IMG/VR virus record: IMGVR_UViG_3300025502_000065
Span: 1-37,318 of that record
Length of the DNA stretch: 37,318 bases
Strand: one strand, 5' to 3'
Origin: a virus
Lineage: Duplodnaviria; Caudoviricetes
Positions 1-8,942 of the stretch are shown piece after piece. The notes beneath the pieces were generated by a model that saw only the letters and a program-made list of their open reading frames with translations, searched no databases and was not told where the DNA came from. How positions within the stretch are numbered: position 1 is the first letter of the stretch; the number at the start of each line of letters is the position of its first letter. The position numbers and the translations under genes were made by a program.

Positions 1-9
1 ACTCGACCC
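1..9 (+). repeat. Left copy of terminal 9-bp direct repeat ACTCGACCC
   Basis: Identical to 37310-37318. Confidence 0.8.
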
Positions 10-193
10 TGATATGAGGAGGAAGCCCCAGAAGGACCCGTAACTGTCTATGGATGGGCCACTTACGCCTAATGCAATCATTTTGCGTGCCCCGCTTTCC
101 TTGGGTTTTCGCTCGCTGTCATAAATCGTAATCCTTTTGCATTTTAGGCTTGACTGCTTTCTTGTGATTTCGCTAGAATGGTCATGCCCCTGA

Positions 194-349
194 TTAGATC
201 AGGTCATCCATCATCTCCGTAAGGCTGTCCACGATCTCCCCGGCGAATGTGTCGGGATTGGTTGCGATGTTATCCTCAAGGTAATCGCGGAACTCATCCT
301 CCATTTCGATCATGAACGCTCTCAATGTCTCGATGTGATCCAATTTCAT
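194..349 (-). CDS. Small highly acidic protein (51 aa), not in ORF track
   Basis: MKLDHIETLRAFMIEMEDEFRDYLEDNIATNPDTFAGEIVDSLTEMMDDLI; ATGA overlap with the stop of 346..663. Confidence 0.7.
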   Translation of the reverse strand: MKLDHIETLRAFMIEMEDEFRDYLEDNIATNPDTFAGEIVDSLTEMMDDLI

Positions 350-663
350 AAACCGTATCTTTGTCTGAGTCTGCCAATCGTTTCGAGCGCATCCCTGAAT
401 TGGCGTTCTTCTCTCTCCCGATCCTGATTGCCCCTCGCCTCAGTCTCTTCATCGGTTTCTGGCCTCTCGTAGCTTATCTCATACGATAGCTCGGGGCATC
501 CGTAAGACTCGGTTGCTATCATTTCGACTTTTGCCGAGCCGTGAAATTCAACCGGGATTGATCGAAGCTGATAGTAAAGCCATGGAACCAACTGCCCCAG
601 ATTCTCGGGCGGAAGTGAGTTGTCCCCGTTATCAATGTCGTAAATGATGACTTTCTTATTCAT
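346..663 (-). CDS. Hypothetical phage protein
   Basis: 105-aa ORF co-oriented with the early region; charged C-terminal helix. Confidence 0.8.
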   Translation of the reverse strand: MNKKVIIYDIDNGDNSLPPENLGQLVPWLYYQLRSIPVEFHGSAKVEMIATESYGCPELSYEISYERPETDEETEARGNQDREREERQFRDALETIGRLRQRYGL

Positions 664-722
664 GGTTTAATCATTCCGTGGAGGTTGCCCGCAAGGCTGC
701 GGCCTCGATTCTGGTGCGGGTG

Positions 723-780
723 TTATCGTCCATATCTTAGGCCTTTATCGTCCATATTTTAGGGGTTTAATTTCCATATT
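723..780. repeat. Imperfect 22-bp tandem repeat (2.6 copies)
   Basis: ttatcgtccatatcttaggcct / ttatcgtccatattttaggggt / ttaatttccatatt. Confidence 0.75.
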
Positions 781-1072
781 AAAAAGGCATGTCGTCCCCT
801 CCGTCCGTTGCGTGTCCCGCCGTTGCGCCCGAATCGACAGTTGCGGTCGTTTCCCGCCTTTCGCTAATCTCTTTCCAGTTGCCGAGGATTGCCCCTCGCT
901 CGCCTGCCAGCCGACGATCCTTGCCGAGATCCTGCGTGACGAACCCGAGGTTTCCGTATTGGTCGGCACCTTCTCGGTTGTCGAACAACACAATATCAAT
1001 GTATTTACCGCTCTTGCCTTCGTAAATGGCGCTTTTGTCGATCTTGGTCACGTCAATTCTGATGGTCCTCAT
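779..1072 (-). CDS. Putative single-stranded DNA-binding protein
   Basis: Beta-rich 97-aa protein with a flexible acidic tail ending DGGDDMPF, as in SSB tips. Confidence 0.6.
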   Translation of the reverse strand: MRTIRIDVTKIDKSAIYEGKSGKYIDIVLFDNREGADQYGNLGFVTQDLGKDRRLAGERGAILGNWKEISERRETTATVDSGATAGHATDGGDDMPF

Positions 1073-1325
1073 AAAGTCTTTTAATCCCTTATCGCGCTAG
1101 CGCAAGTCATTTCTGATTATGTTACTTTCGACAGAGCTTGATCGTAAGCCGCCCGAGTCGTTTCCGCTCATCGTCGATTGCTAGAATGGGATCTGTTGCC
1201 GGTATCGTTCATATCGCATAAAATTTGCAAACGTCCTCCCGGTGCCGGTTCACGATCGGTGCTCCCTCAAAGATTTGACGGCAGCCCTTGCAGCAGGTCG
1301 TGAGTGATTGGATTCCGTTCATTTC

Positions 1326-1778
1326 TCAATTCACAGGGACAAACCCGAGTCCCTTGCATGGTTCGCACCGCCCCATGTCAGCGCCGGTGCATTCGTCCAG
1401 CAGTCTCCCTTGTGAGCCGGGGAGGCTACAGAGCGAGCATTCGCGCATTTCGCCGCTTGCGTCAAATTCGGCGAGCAGTTCCAGCGCCTCCATTTTATCC
1501 TCCAGGCAATCAAAGGCATTCCCATCAATGCATTCTCGTAATTCCGAAATTATGGATTCAGCTTTCCTGGTGTTGTCGTAATCTGAAGGAAGGGGAATCG
1601 ACCGCAGCGCCATCACTGCCTCTTGGCCAAACTCATGCGCCCCCGTCTCGCGGTCGCTTATCGTCGCCTGTCGGACGCCTACGAGGGCAGCGAGTTGCGT
1701 TTGGGTAAGCCCTCGCGCCTTGCGGTCGCGCTTGTATTCCGCCGCCCGCTCCATCGGTGTTTGTTCTGGTTCGCTCAT
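1326..1778 (-). CDS. XRE-family HTH protein with C-terminal CxxC/CxxC zinc-finger
   Basis: RKARGLTQTQLAALVGVRQATISDRETG; CSLC...CEPCKG; start placed at MSEPEQ. Confidence 0.85.
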   Translation of the reverse strand: MSEPEQTPMERAAEYKRDRKARGLTQTQLAALVGVRQATISDRETGAHEFGQEAVMALRSIPLPSDYDNTRKAESIISELRECIDGNAFDCLEDKMEALELLAEFDASGEMRECSLCSLPGSQGRLLDECTGADMGRCEPCKGLGFVPVN

Positions 1779-1783
1779 GATGT

Positions 1784-1987
1784 TCAGCCCCATCGGGCGG
1801 AGTGCATTTCGGACCATTCTCGGGTGACTAGGTCGAGCCAGCCCTTGCCGTTGATACGGGTGACTTTCCCGCCTTCGCGATTAGCCATCCGTGCGGCGCT
1901 TCTGGCTGCATTTTTCCCGCAAAAGGAAAACGAATTGCGCCTGTCGGGGTATGTCACGACGTGGTAGATTTTTAGATAGTTGTTCAT
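1784..1987 (-). CDS. Hypothetical protein
   Basis: 67-aa ORF tightly packed in the operon with an A-rich leader. Confidence 0.65.
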   Translation of the reverse strand: MNNYLKIYHVVTYPDRRNSFSFCGKNAARSAARMANREGGKVTRINGKGWLDLVTREWSEMHSARWG

Positions 1988-2028
1988 TTTTTCAATTCTG
2001 GTTTGGTTTGCAGAGTCGTCTTGACTCC

Positions 2029-2358
2029 CTACCGCCTACCGTTGCCGATAGGCGGGCGGGAATTTAGCAGGATCATTTTTTCGCCCAATAAAGAACATTT
2101 TGAGTGGTTTTCCAGTTGCCCCGCGCCGAGGCAGCGACTGCGCAAACAAACAAATCGGCCTCGCGCCCCGCTCACGAGATCATGTTTCGAGATTTCGGTC
2201 AACAAGTCATCCTCCTCTTGGACGAGGCGACTCGTGAAGACAACCTCAGCTTTGCCGCCGTCCTCCATCGCGTCGTAGAGATCGGAAATTTCGGTTTTCG
2301 TGAAGTTGGATTCAATGTTCATATTCGTTCTTTCGTTCTTGTTCGTCGTCCGGCTCAT
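2029..2358 (-). CDS. Hypothetical protein (alternative start 2322)
   Basis: ORF directly downstream of a candidate promoter. Confidence 0.65.
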   Translation of the reverse strand: MSRTTNKNERTNMNIESNFTKTEISDLYDAMEDGGKAEVVFTSRLVQEEDDLLTEISKHDLVSGARGRFVCLRSRCLGAGQLENHSKCSLLGEKMILLNSRPPIGNGRR

Positions 2359-2372
2359 CCTTCCGACACCCC

Positions 2373-2400
2373 ATTATCCGGCAACCGTTTAAAGGCGCAA
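2373..2400 (-). promoter_or_regulatory. Candidate sigma70-type promoter
   Basis: Minus strand TTGCGC-16 nt-GATAAT with an AT-rich upstream tract. Confidence 0.45.
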
Positions 2401-2429
2401 GTGCTTTTTTCAATTATTCTCAATTATTT

Positions 2430-3731
2430 TCAGTCGTCGTTTTCTTCCGGCTGATGAGACGCCTCGGCGAACCGGGTCGAAGGCCCGTCAAAGTCCATCA
2501 GAATGTCTCCCCGGCGTCCACCTCTGACCTTGGCGACAATGGCCAGAGTCTGAGTTTTGCTCTCAGGATGGAGTAGCAAGATCGTATTTGCATCCTGCTC
2601 GATGCTTCCCGAGTCGCGCAGGTTTGAGGGTTTCGGCTTGGCATCCTTGCCATCGCTCGCCCGGTTGAGTTGTGCTAATGCAACGATGCCAATTCCAATC
2701 TCTTTTCCGAGTTGCTTCAGCCCGTTCGACAATCGCCTGACCGCATCTTCCCTGTTTCGGCTGCCCTCTTCCTCTTTGAGCAACTGTAGATAATCGACAA
2801 ACGCGATCTTTACCCCGTGCTCGCTCACTGCTCGCCTCAGCCCAACCTTGATGTCGATCAAGCGCATATTCGCGCGATCATCCACGTAAATCGGATTACC
2901 CATCAGCCTTTGGACCGCGCCCGCGATTTTCGGGAGATCTGGCTTTTTCAGGTATCCATTCTGAATTTTCAGAGAATCGATCCTACTTTCGGCCGCGACG
3001 GCTCGTGTCGCCAGCTCAATCGCGAGCATCTCGGCGCTGAAAAAGGCCACTGGGATTCCGCGCCGCGCGATGTTTTCCGCGACTTGGAACGCGAACGCGG
3101 TTTTTCCGGCCCCGGGTCGCGCGCCGATCACCCATAGCTGCCCTGCATGGATACCGCCTGTCATCTCGTCGAGTATCGGGAATCCCGTAGGCGTGCCCGC
3201 GCTTTTGCCGCCATCCTCGAACCGGCATTGCAAGTCCTCGATGAAATCAGACAACACGCGCCCCCACGTTTTAAGCCCGTCCTCGGATACACTGGCAAGG
3301 ATCCGCTTTATCCCGCCGTCGATTGACTGAGCCGCGTCCTCGGGTTTGATTGCCATGTCCCGCGCTTGCCGGATTGCATTTTCCGCGACCTCGTGAATCT
3401 GCCGCCTCATAAGCGCATCCTTGGCAAGCGTGAGCAGGTCCGGCAAGATGGCGCTGGTCGGCACATCATCGAACATCTCCCCGAGGTATGCAGGCCCGCC
3501 AACGGAGGCGATTGTTTGCGCCTGAGTCAGTTTTGCAATGACCGTCACGAGGCTGATTTGCACTCTTTCGCCGTGCATGGCCGCAAGGGCGCGCCAGAGC
3601 GTCTTGTGTGCCGGGACGTAAAAGAGCGCGTCTCCGCCCGCTAAAGCCACTGTATCGAGCTTTTGAGGCCATTGAAGGCACGCTGAAAGGATTCCCCGCT
3701 CTGCGTCGGGTGATGATGGTAAATTTGTCAT
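2430..3731 (-). CDS. dnaB: Replicative DNA helicase, DnaB family
   Basis: N-terminal AERGIL; Walker A GARPGAGKT; DYLQ; AQLNR; LRDSGSIEQDA. Confidence 0.97.
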   Translation of the reverse strand: MTNLPSSPDAERGILSACLQWPQKLDTVALAGGDALFYVPAHKTLWRALAAMHGERVQISLVTVIAKLTQAQTIASVGGPAYLGEMFDDVPTSAILPDLLTLAKDALMRRQIHEVAENAIRQARDMAIKPEDAAQSIDGGIKRILASVSEDGLKTWGRVLSDFIEDLQCRFEDGGKSAGTPTGFPILDEMTGGIHAGQLWVIGARPGAGKTAFAFQVAENIARRGIPVAFFSAEMLAIELATRAVAAESRIDSLKIQNGYLKKPDLPKIAGAVQRLMGNPIYVDDRANMRLIDIKVGLRRAVSEHGVKIAFVDYLQLLKEEEGSRNREDAVRRLSNGLKQLGKEIGIGIVALAQLNRASDGKDAKPKPSNLRDSGSIEQDANTILLLHPESKTQTLAIVAKVRGGRRGDILMDFDGPSTRFAEASHQPEENDD

Positions 3732-3741
3732 GGGTTTTGCG

Positions 3742-3933
3742 TCAAATTAAAAGCGACGGGGGCGACCAATGCGCTGCGCGGCATTCGGGACACCTAACGA
3801 CGTAGGCGTCTCCAATGTGTGAGTTCATAACGTATATGGCGTCGTCTGCCGTGAAATTGAATTTGCATGAACATCGACATTCGACGGTCACGGACTTCGT
3901 TTTGCTTAGTTTGCCTGATCTTATTATTTTCAT
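3742..3933 (-). CDS. Small zinc-ribbon protein
   Basis: CRCSC ... CPEC. Confidence 0.7.
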   Translation of the reverse strand: MKIIRSGKLSKTKSVTVECRCSCKFNFTADDAIYVMNSHIGDAYVVRCPECRAAHWSPPSLLI

Positions 3934-3937
3934 TGTT

Positions 3938-4849
3938 TTACGGGTTTGACGCCGCGATAACCGCCGCTTTTTCTTTGCTCGTCAGTTGTGACCACTCAGG
4001 GGATTGATAGGCTCCATCAGGATCGTAGTAGGCTCGGTCGTCCATTGGTTCGTAGATCTGCTCCCAGCCATCGGGTGCGGGGATCTCGGGAGGTTTCGGG
4101 GCTTTGGTTTGCCCTTCGACTTCATTCATCCAGTGGCCCTTGTTTAGCCATGTTGCGGGATAGGGGATGAATTGTCCCCCGTCCTTTATCCATGCGTCGG
4201 TTTGCTTTTGGGATTGAATGGCGTTGAGTATTTCTTCTATGGTGGCGGTCTTGGTGGCTTTCCTGAATGCGTTTTCAGCGTCAACCTTCCCCAGCCTTCT
4301 CGGGTAGGCTTCCCAGAAATCTTCAAAACCCGCGCAAGAGAAAGCTTTAGCTTTCGACTTCTTGGTTTTTGTTTTTGTATCTGCATCTGCATCTGCATCT
4401 GTATCTGCTATGTGCATGTTTTGCGTTACCGAAGCGTTACCTTGCGTTACCGAAGCGTTACCTTGCGTTACCGAAGCGTTACCTTTTTGCCTCTCTTTAA
4501 ACTTCCTCTGGCGCTCCGCATTGGCGTTTTTGGTGTCTTCCCTCGATGCCATGGCGCGATATTTGGCGTGGTTCAAAAGCTCCCAGCCTCCGTTTATTGG
4601 CAGCGCCCGACGCCCCTCATGGTCGGCGGTCCTAGAGTATTTGTCCGGCGAGAGGAACTTTACGATTGCCGCCTCGCAGTCATCGACAGAGACGCCTGCG
4701 ACACGGGCAAGGCCGGGGATGCTGGCCATGACCTCACCGTGTTGATTTGAAAGCGCGAGCATCGTGATCCAGACGATTCGCGTTTTGTCGTCCTCGGTCC
4801 AGATGGTTGAGGTGACGATAGAGTTGAATAATTTTGTGTAATTTGGCAT
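3938..4849 (-). CDS. Phage replication initiator (lambda O/DnaD-like architecture)
   Basis: N-terminal wHTH-like region, internal repeats, FEDFWEAYPRR...QFIPYPATWLN domain; lies just upstream of dnaB. Confidence 0.88.
   Translation of the reverse strand: MPNYTKLFNSIVTSTIWTEDDKTRIVWITMLALSNQHGEVMASIPGLARVAGVSVDDCEAAIVKFLSPDKYSRTADHEGRRALPINGGWELLNHAKYRAMASREDTKNANAERQRKFKERQKGNASVTQGNASVTQGNASVTQNMHIADTDADADADTKTKTKKSKAKAFSCAGFEDFWEAYPRRLGKVDAENAFRKATKTATIEEILNAIQSQKQTDAWIKDGGQFIPYPATWLNKGHWMNEVEGQTKAPKPPEIPAPDGWEQIYEPMDDRAYYDPDGAYQSPEWSQLTSKEKAAVIAASNP
4421..4483. repeat. 3 x 21-bp iterons inside initiator (probable phage ori)
   Basis: ttgcgttaccgaagcgttacc x3, next to (tctgca)n hexamers and a T-rich tract at ~4360-4410. 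Confidence 0.8.
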
Positions 4850-4879
4850 TGTGTTATCGGTAACGGGTTGGCGTTACTT

Positions 4880-5191
4880 CTAGTTTGCCCGAAATATCCC
4901 CGCCGCGCAAAGGTTTTTTGCGTCGGTTAGGATTTCCGGAAACATTTCCGGCGTGATCGGACTCCATTTTAGCGCATCCCGCAGGCCATCTTTGTATTGA
5001 CGCGATCCGAGGCGAGAAACGTAAACCCTGCCCTTGTTGGCGAGGATGAAGATGCAGCCGCCCGTTCGACGCCATCGCTTCGTGGCCATCATCCTAGCGG
5101 CGTTGGCGTGCCCGTAGGCGATTGTCTCGCCCGTGATCGGGTCGTGAAGCTCAACGCTCAAGATACCGGCCTCCATTTGATGATATCGCAT
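4880..5191 (-). CDS. Hypothetical protein (start may be 5176)
   Basis: ORF in operon orientation. Confidence 0.6.
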   Translation of the reverse strand: MRYHQMEAGILSVELHDPITGETIAYGHANAARMMATKRWRRTGGCIFILANKGRVYVSRLGSRQYKDGLRDALKWSPITPEMFPEILTDAKNLCAAGIFRAN

Positions 5192-5469
5192 TCGTCACCG
5201 ATCCAATCCCACTTATGATATTCAGGATTGTCCCAGCAATATCTAGTCTGGCCGCGAAACAGGAATTCAATTTTCTGCCCCGCCTTGCACGGCATTTCCC
5301 CGCCGTCGTGGTCGATCCATGGGGTTTCCGCCTCCGGCTCGCAGCCATCGGCCCATAACGTGATCGTCGTCGTCGTTGTCCGGCTCACCCCGAGACATTG
5401 CAGAATCTCAGCGTGTTTGATCGTGGGCTTCGAATAGCCGACCCGGTAAACGTAGGAATGTGATTTCAT
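5158..5469 (-). CDS. Hypothetical phage protein
   Basis: WIDHDGGEMP...DIIKWR motif typical of small phage early proteins; ATGA overlap. Confidence 0.7.
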   Translation of the reverse strand: MKSHSYVYRVGYSKPTIKHAEILQCLGVSRTTTTTITLWADGCEPEAETPWIDHDGGEMPCKAGQKIEFLFRGQTRYCWDNPEYHKWDWIGDECDIIKWRPVS

Positions 5470-5828
5470 GGTTTGTAGTGGGTGATGTGACAATCCTTAT
5501 CCTCTGTCGTGTGATTCCAAGAAGCTTTAGGCCAGCTAATTTTATCGCAGGCCTCTTCGCGCTCTTCGCCGTCTGCAAACCGGACCGCGCTGCACGTCTC
5601 GGGAATCGGGTCAGTCGGGACGCGGACGAGCCAGGTGTCATCAGGCGCAACTGCCGAGGATTGCTCGGTAGTTGGCTCATGTTTCGCGCATTCGGCGAGG
5701 AGGGCTTTAGCTGCGGAGACGGCACCTTCAGCCACGTTGGGGAGTGAAACCCGGTCCCACGCCGAACTTGCCAGCATCCCAGCCATCAGCCTCGACGCCA
5801 CTTCTTCCAGTTTGGTCAGGTTGCTCAT
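5466..5828 (-). CDS. Hypothetical phage protein
   Basis: ASRLMAGMLAS...AVSAAKALLAE helical motif; ATGA overlaps. Confidence 0.75.
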   Translation of the reverse strand: MSNLTKLEEVASRLMAGMLASSAWDRVSLPNVAEGAVSAAKALLAECAKHEPTTEQSSAVAPDDTWLVRVPTDPIPETCSAVRFADGEEREEACDKISWPKASWNHTTEDKDCHITHYKP

Positions 5829-6049
5829 GCGCTCACCTCCTTCCAGCCGGTGAGTTTCAGCCTGTGAATCAGCGCTACCGTAGCCTCGCGCTCAGTCTCG
5901 CCGCTCTCATGATCGATGGCGAAAAACCAGTCGATTTCTGCCCACCATGTGCCGGACTGGTCGTTGTATTTTGCGGTTATGCCGTGCGTGTCCGCAAGCT
6001 CGCGCCATTTCGGGACGGACTCAGGAATGTGAATTAGTGTATCGTTCAT
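5825..6049 (-). CDS. Hypothetical protein
   Basis: ATGA-coupled to neighbours. Confidence 0.7.
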   Translation of the reverse strand: MNDTLIHIPESVPKWRELADTHGITAKYNDQSGTWWAEIDWFFAIDHESGETEREATVALIHRLKLTGWKEVSA

Positions 6050-6276
6050 GCTTTTTCTTTCTCCAATGCTTCGTCGATTTGTTTCGCCAGCCAGTCAAGG
6101 CTCGCCCCGTCCCGATCCTCGAAATAGAGAATGTCAGGAAATGCAATATCGACTTGTTCCAGTGCCGCTCGGAGCTGGTTGCACTTGCGCTCTAGGTTGA
6201 CAGCCAGAATGGCAAGCGGGAGGACCTTTTCGACATATTGCTTTAGCGCCTCATCGGTTCTCGGTGTATCGCTCAT
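6046..6276 (-). CDS. Hypothetical phage protein
   Basis: MSDTPRTD start and LER coiled-coil; ATGA overlap. Confidence 0.7.
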   Translation of the reverse strand: MSDTPRTDEALKQYVEKVLPLAILAVNLERKCNQLRAALEQVDIAFPDILYFEDRDGASLDWLAKQIDEALEKEKA

Positions 6277-6518
6277 GCTTCCTCCTTTATTTTCCAATCA
6301 CCATCCTCATCGAGAACAATGACCGTGATTTTGCCCGTGCGCTTGACCGAGCGGAACGTAGGCTGTAGCCCGTGACGGGTAGCCCATTCGTCCATGACGG
6401 TTCTGAGATCGGCCTTTCGCTCCTCGTCCAGCGTTGCCGCCAGGTGAAATGCTATCGCGATGATTGCCCCGCCACACATGATGGCGAGGATTCCGGTGAT
6501 TCGTTCGTTGTTTTTCAT
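6273..6518 (-). CDS. Small membrane-anchored protein
   Basis: Hydrophobic ITGILAIMCGGAIIAIAFHLA; ATGA overlap. Confidence 0.7.
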   Translation of the reverse strand: MKNNERITGILAIMCGGAIIAIAFHLAATLDEERKADLRTVMDEWATRHGLQPTFRSVKRTGKITVIVLDEDGDWKIKEEA

Positions 6519-6736
6519 TTTTCGTTGTTCAAGATTTGCAAACACGTTGCGGCCAGATCTCTGGCCTCGTCATAAATCCGCGACTCATCGCCGCCCTCAT
6601 GCACAAATTGAAGGATGGCTTGGCAGACTTCGCCCATCTCTTCCGCTGCGACAAGCCCGAGCGTTTCGAGTGGTTGATGTCCCCATTTTCCGATGTTGGC
6701 ATCGGCCTGCTTTTGGATTCGTTCCAGTTGAGTCAT
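6515..6736 (-). CDS. MazG-like nucleotide pyrophosphohydrolase domain protein
   Basis: EEMGEV...DEARDLAA acidic helical motif. Confidence 0.7.
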   Translation of the reverse strand: MTQLERIQKQADANIGKWGHQPLETLGLVAAEEMGEVCQAILQFVHEGGDESRIYDEARDLAATCLQILNNEK

Positions 6737-6737
6737 G

Positions 6738-8942
6738 TCAAAAAAGCTCCAGTTGATTTTTTGCCGTGGCGAGGTTTTCACAAACCTGTTTAAAGTAGCT
6801 TTCTTTCAGTTCGCTGCCGATGAAGTTGCGATCAAGTTTAAGTGCCCCGTATCCCTCGCTGCCGATTCCGGCGAACGGTGAATAGACGGTTTCGCCTTGG
6901 TTGCTCCATAGCGCAATAGCCCGCTCGATCACGTCGAGTTGCAACGGGCAGATGTGTTTTTCGTCAGCATGATCCCTCGCCCCATTGCGATTCAAGACCC
7001 GCCCTTGATCGACTGTCATCCATACAGGTGATGCGACTTCCTGCCACCAGTCCACCGAGAATCGCGAGCGGTCTTTTGTGATCGGTTTCGGGTTGTCCCC
7101 CGGCGCTTTAAACACGAGTAGATAATCAGGCGCGCCCGTTCTTGAGTGCGACGAATCCGCGCAAAGCGTCTTGTAAAGCAGCCCGTGCGCCTTCGTCCTT
7201 TGCATCTCGGTCACGGGACTTTTCCAGATCGTGATGCGAGAATGCAGGGTAAAGCCGTGCTCCCAGAACGCTCTGATGATCTCGCCCGAGAAGTCCTGGA
7301 ATCCGATGTAGCCATGCTTCCATTTCGTGCTGAGCAGATCAACGCAATGGACCGCGACCTCGCGACCAGGGACCATGATGCGAGCGATTTCAGCGATGAG
7401 GATTTTGAAATGCCCTTGGAACTCTTGTAAGTCAGAGCAGTTACCCATGTCCTGTGGGTCATCGGAGTAGGTGAACAGGTCAGCGAACGGAGGCGAGAAC
7501 ACGGAGAAGTCGATTGACTGATCCGGTATCGACTTCGCCACCCTCACGCAATCGCCGTGATGCACCGTCCATCCATTGCCGGATTCGGTTTTAATGTCTG
7601 TCTTGGCCTTTGTTTCCTTCATCCGTGACTCACGGAAACAATCCGACGCGGCTTTCATTTGCAGTTGCATTTCTTTATGTTGTTCTATTTTTCGATTGAT
7701 GGTTTTGAGGATCGCGTCCTCGGTTGAGGCCTGAATAATGTAGGCGTTCACTTCCTTCTTTTGCCCGAAACGGTAAGTCCGCCTAAGCGCCTGATAAAAA
7801 TCCTCGAACGAGTATGACAGCCCGACAAAGGCGACGTTTGAGCAATGTTGGAAATTGAGGCCATAGCCAAACATTCCGGGCTTGCTTATCAGAACTCGCA
7901 CTGAGCCGTTGATAAATCCCTCTATCGCATTCTCTTTGTGCTTTGCGGTATCGCTGCCCTTAACCTCGACGGAATCGGCAATCGCTTTCGATAGCCGCGA
8001 TGACTCATCATTTGTGTTGCACCATACTAGCCAGCATTGATCGGACGCATTTACAAGCGACGCGACTTCCTCGACACGGGCCGGTGAAGTCATCCTCATC
8101 TCCTTGTGCATTGTCGTGGCCGATAGCGTCGAGTGCCTGAATAGTTGCCCGTCATCAGCGCCGTCAGAATGATCAACCTTAACGATTCGCGTTTGCAGAT
8201 TGAGCGCGGGGAGGATATAACCATCGTCGCAATATCCAATGTCAGACGGCTTACCTACGCAAGCGGCCCATGATGAAACCCATTCCCAGAACTCGCTTTG
8301 AGCGTGCTTCTTGAGACGCCAATCACCAGTATTAAAGGTGTCGTTAATAAAATAGGTGCACAGCATCTGCTCCCTAGTGCATACCCCGAGGAAGTCCGCA
8401 TGCTGCCCAAACTCAGTGTAATCATTCGGCGAAGGCGTAGCCGTGCAGCATAGCCGATACGGAGTCTCAGCGAATGACGACGTGAGAAGCCGCCTCATCT
8501 TGCCTGTAAAGTTTTTGAGGATGGAGCTTTCATCCAGCACCACTCCCGCGAATGACTCCGCGTTGAACTTTTCGAGCTTTTCGTAGTTCGTGATGTAAAT
8601 ACCGGCCTCAGTAATATCATCTTGCGACTCCACTACCCTCGCGACGATCCCGAATTGATCGGCCTCCCGCGCCGTTTGACGTGCGACAGAAAGCGGCGTC
8701 AGTATCAATACCGATTCCCCCGTATGCCGGAATACCTGGCTCGCCCATTCAAGTTGTTGAATGGTTTTTCCGAGTCCGCAATCCTCGAAAAGAGCAGCGC
8801 GGCCTTGCTTCACCGCCCATCCGACAACGTGCTGTTGCCAGTCGAAAAGTGGTGCAATAAATGGCAGTGCATCAAATCCGTGAGATTGATTCCGCCGTGT
8901 TTTTGCCTCAATAAAGGCGTTGTAGTCGTCCAGTGATTTCAT
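6738..8942 (-). CDS. SF2/SNF2 helicase fused to N4/N6 DNA methyltransferase
   Basis: DCGLGKT, LDES, TATP, GLNFQ, QALRRTYRFGQ; then HGDC, FSPPF and SPFAGIGS in beta-class order. Confidence 0.92.
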   Translation of the reverse strand: MKSLDDYNAFIEAKTRRNQSHGFDALPFIAPLFDWQQHVVGWAVKQGRAALFEDCGLGKTIQQLEWASQVFRHTGESVLILTPLSVARQTAREADQFGIVARVVESQDDITEAGIYITNYEKLEKFNAESFAGVVLDESSILKNFTGKMRRLLTSSFAETPYRLCCTATPSPNDYTEFGQHADFLGVCTREQMLCTYFINDTFNTGDWRLKKHAQSEFWEWVSSWAACVGKPSDIGYCDDGYILPALNLQTRIVKVDHSDGADDGQLFRHSTLSATTMHKEMRMTSPARVEEVASLVNASDQCWLVWCNTNDESSRLSKAIADSVEVKGSDTAKHKENAIEGFINGSVRVLISKPGMFGYGLNFQHCSNVAFVGLSYSFEDFYQALRRTYRFGQKKEVNAYIIQASTEDAILKTINRKIEQHKEMQLQMKAASDCFRESRMKETKAKTDIKTESGNGWTVHHGDCVRVAKSIPDQSIDFSVFSPPFADLFTYSDDPQDMGNCSDLQEFQGHFKILIAEIARIMVPGREVAVHCVDLLSTKWKHGYIGFQDFSGEIIRAFWEHGFTLHSRITIWKSPVTEMQRTKAHGLLYKTLCADSSHSRTGAPDYLLVFKAPGDNPKPITKDRSRFSVDWWQEVASPVWMTVDQGRVLNRNGARDHADEKHICPLQLDVIERAIALWSNQGETVYSPFAGIGSEGYGALKLDRNFIGSELKESYFKQVCENLATAKNQLELF

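Noticed and set aside
4172-4750. ORF with CICICIC and LRYRSVT repeats
   Set aside because: Antisense reading of the initiator's internal repeats
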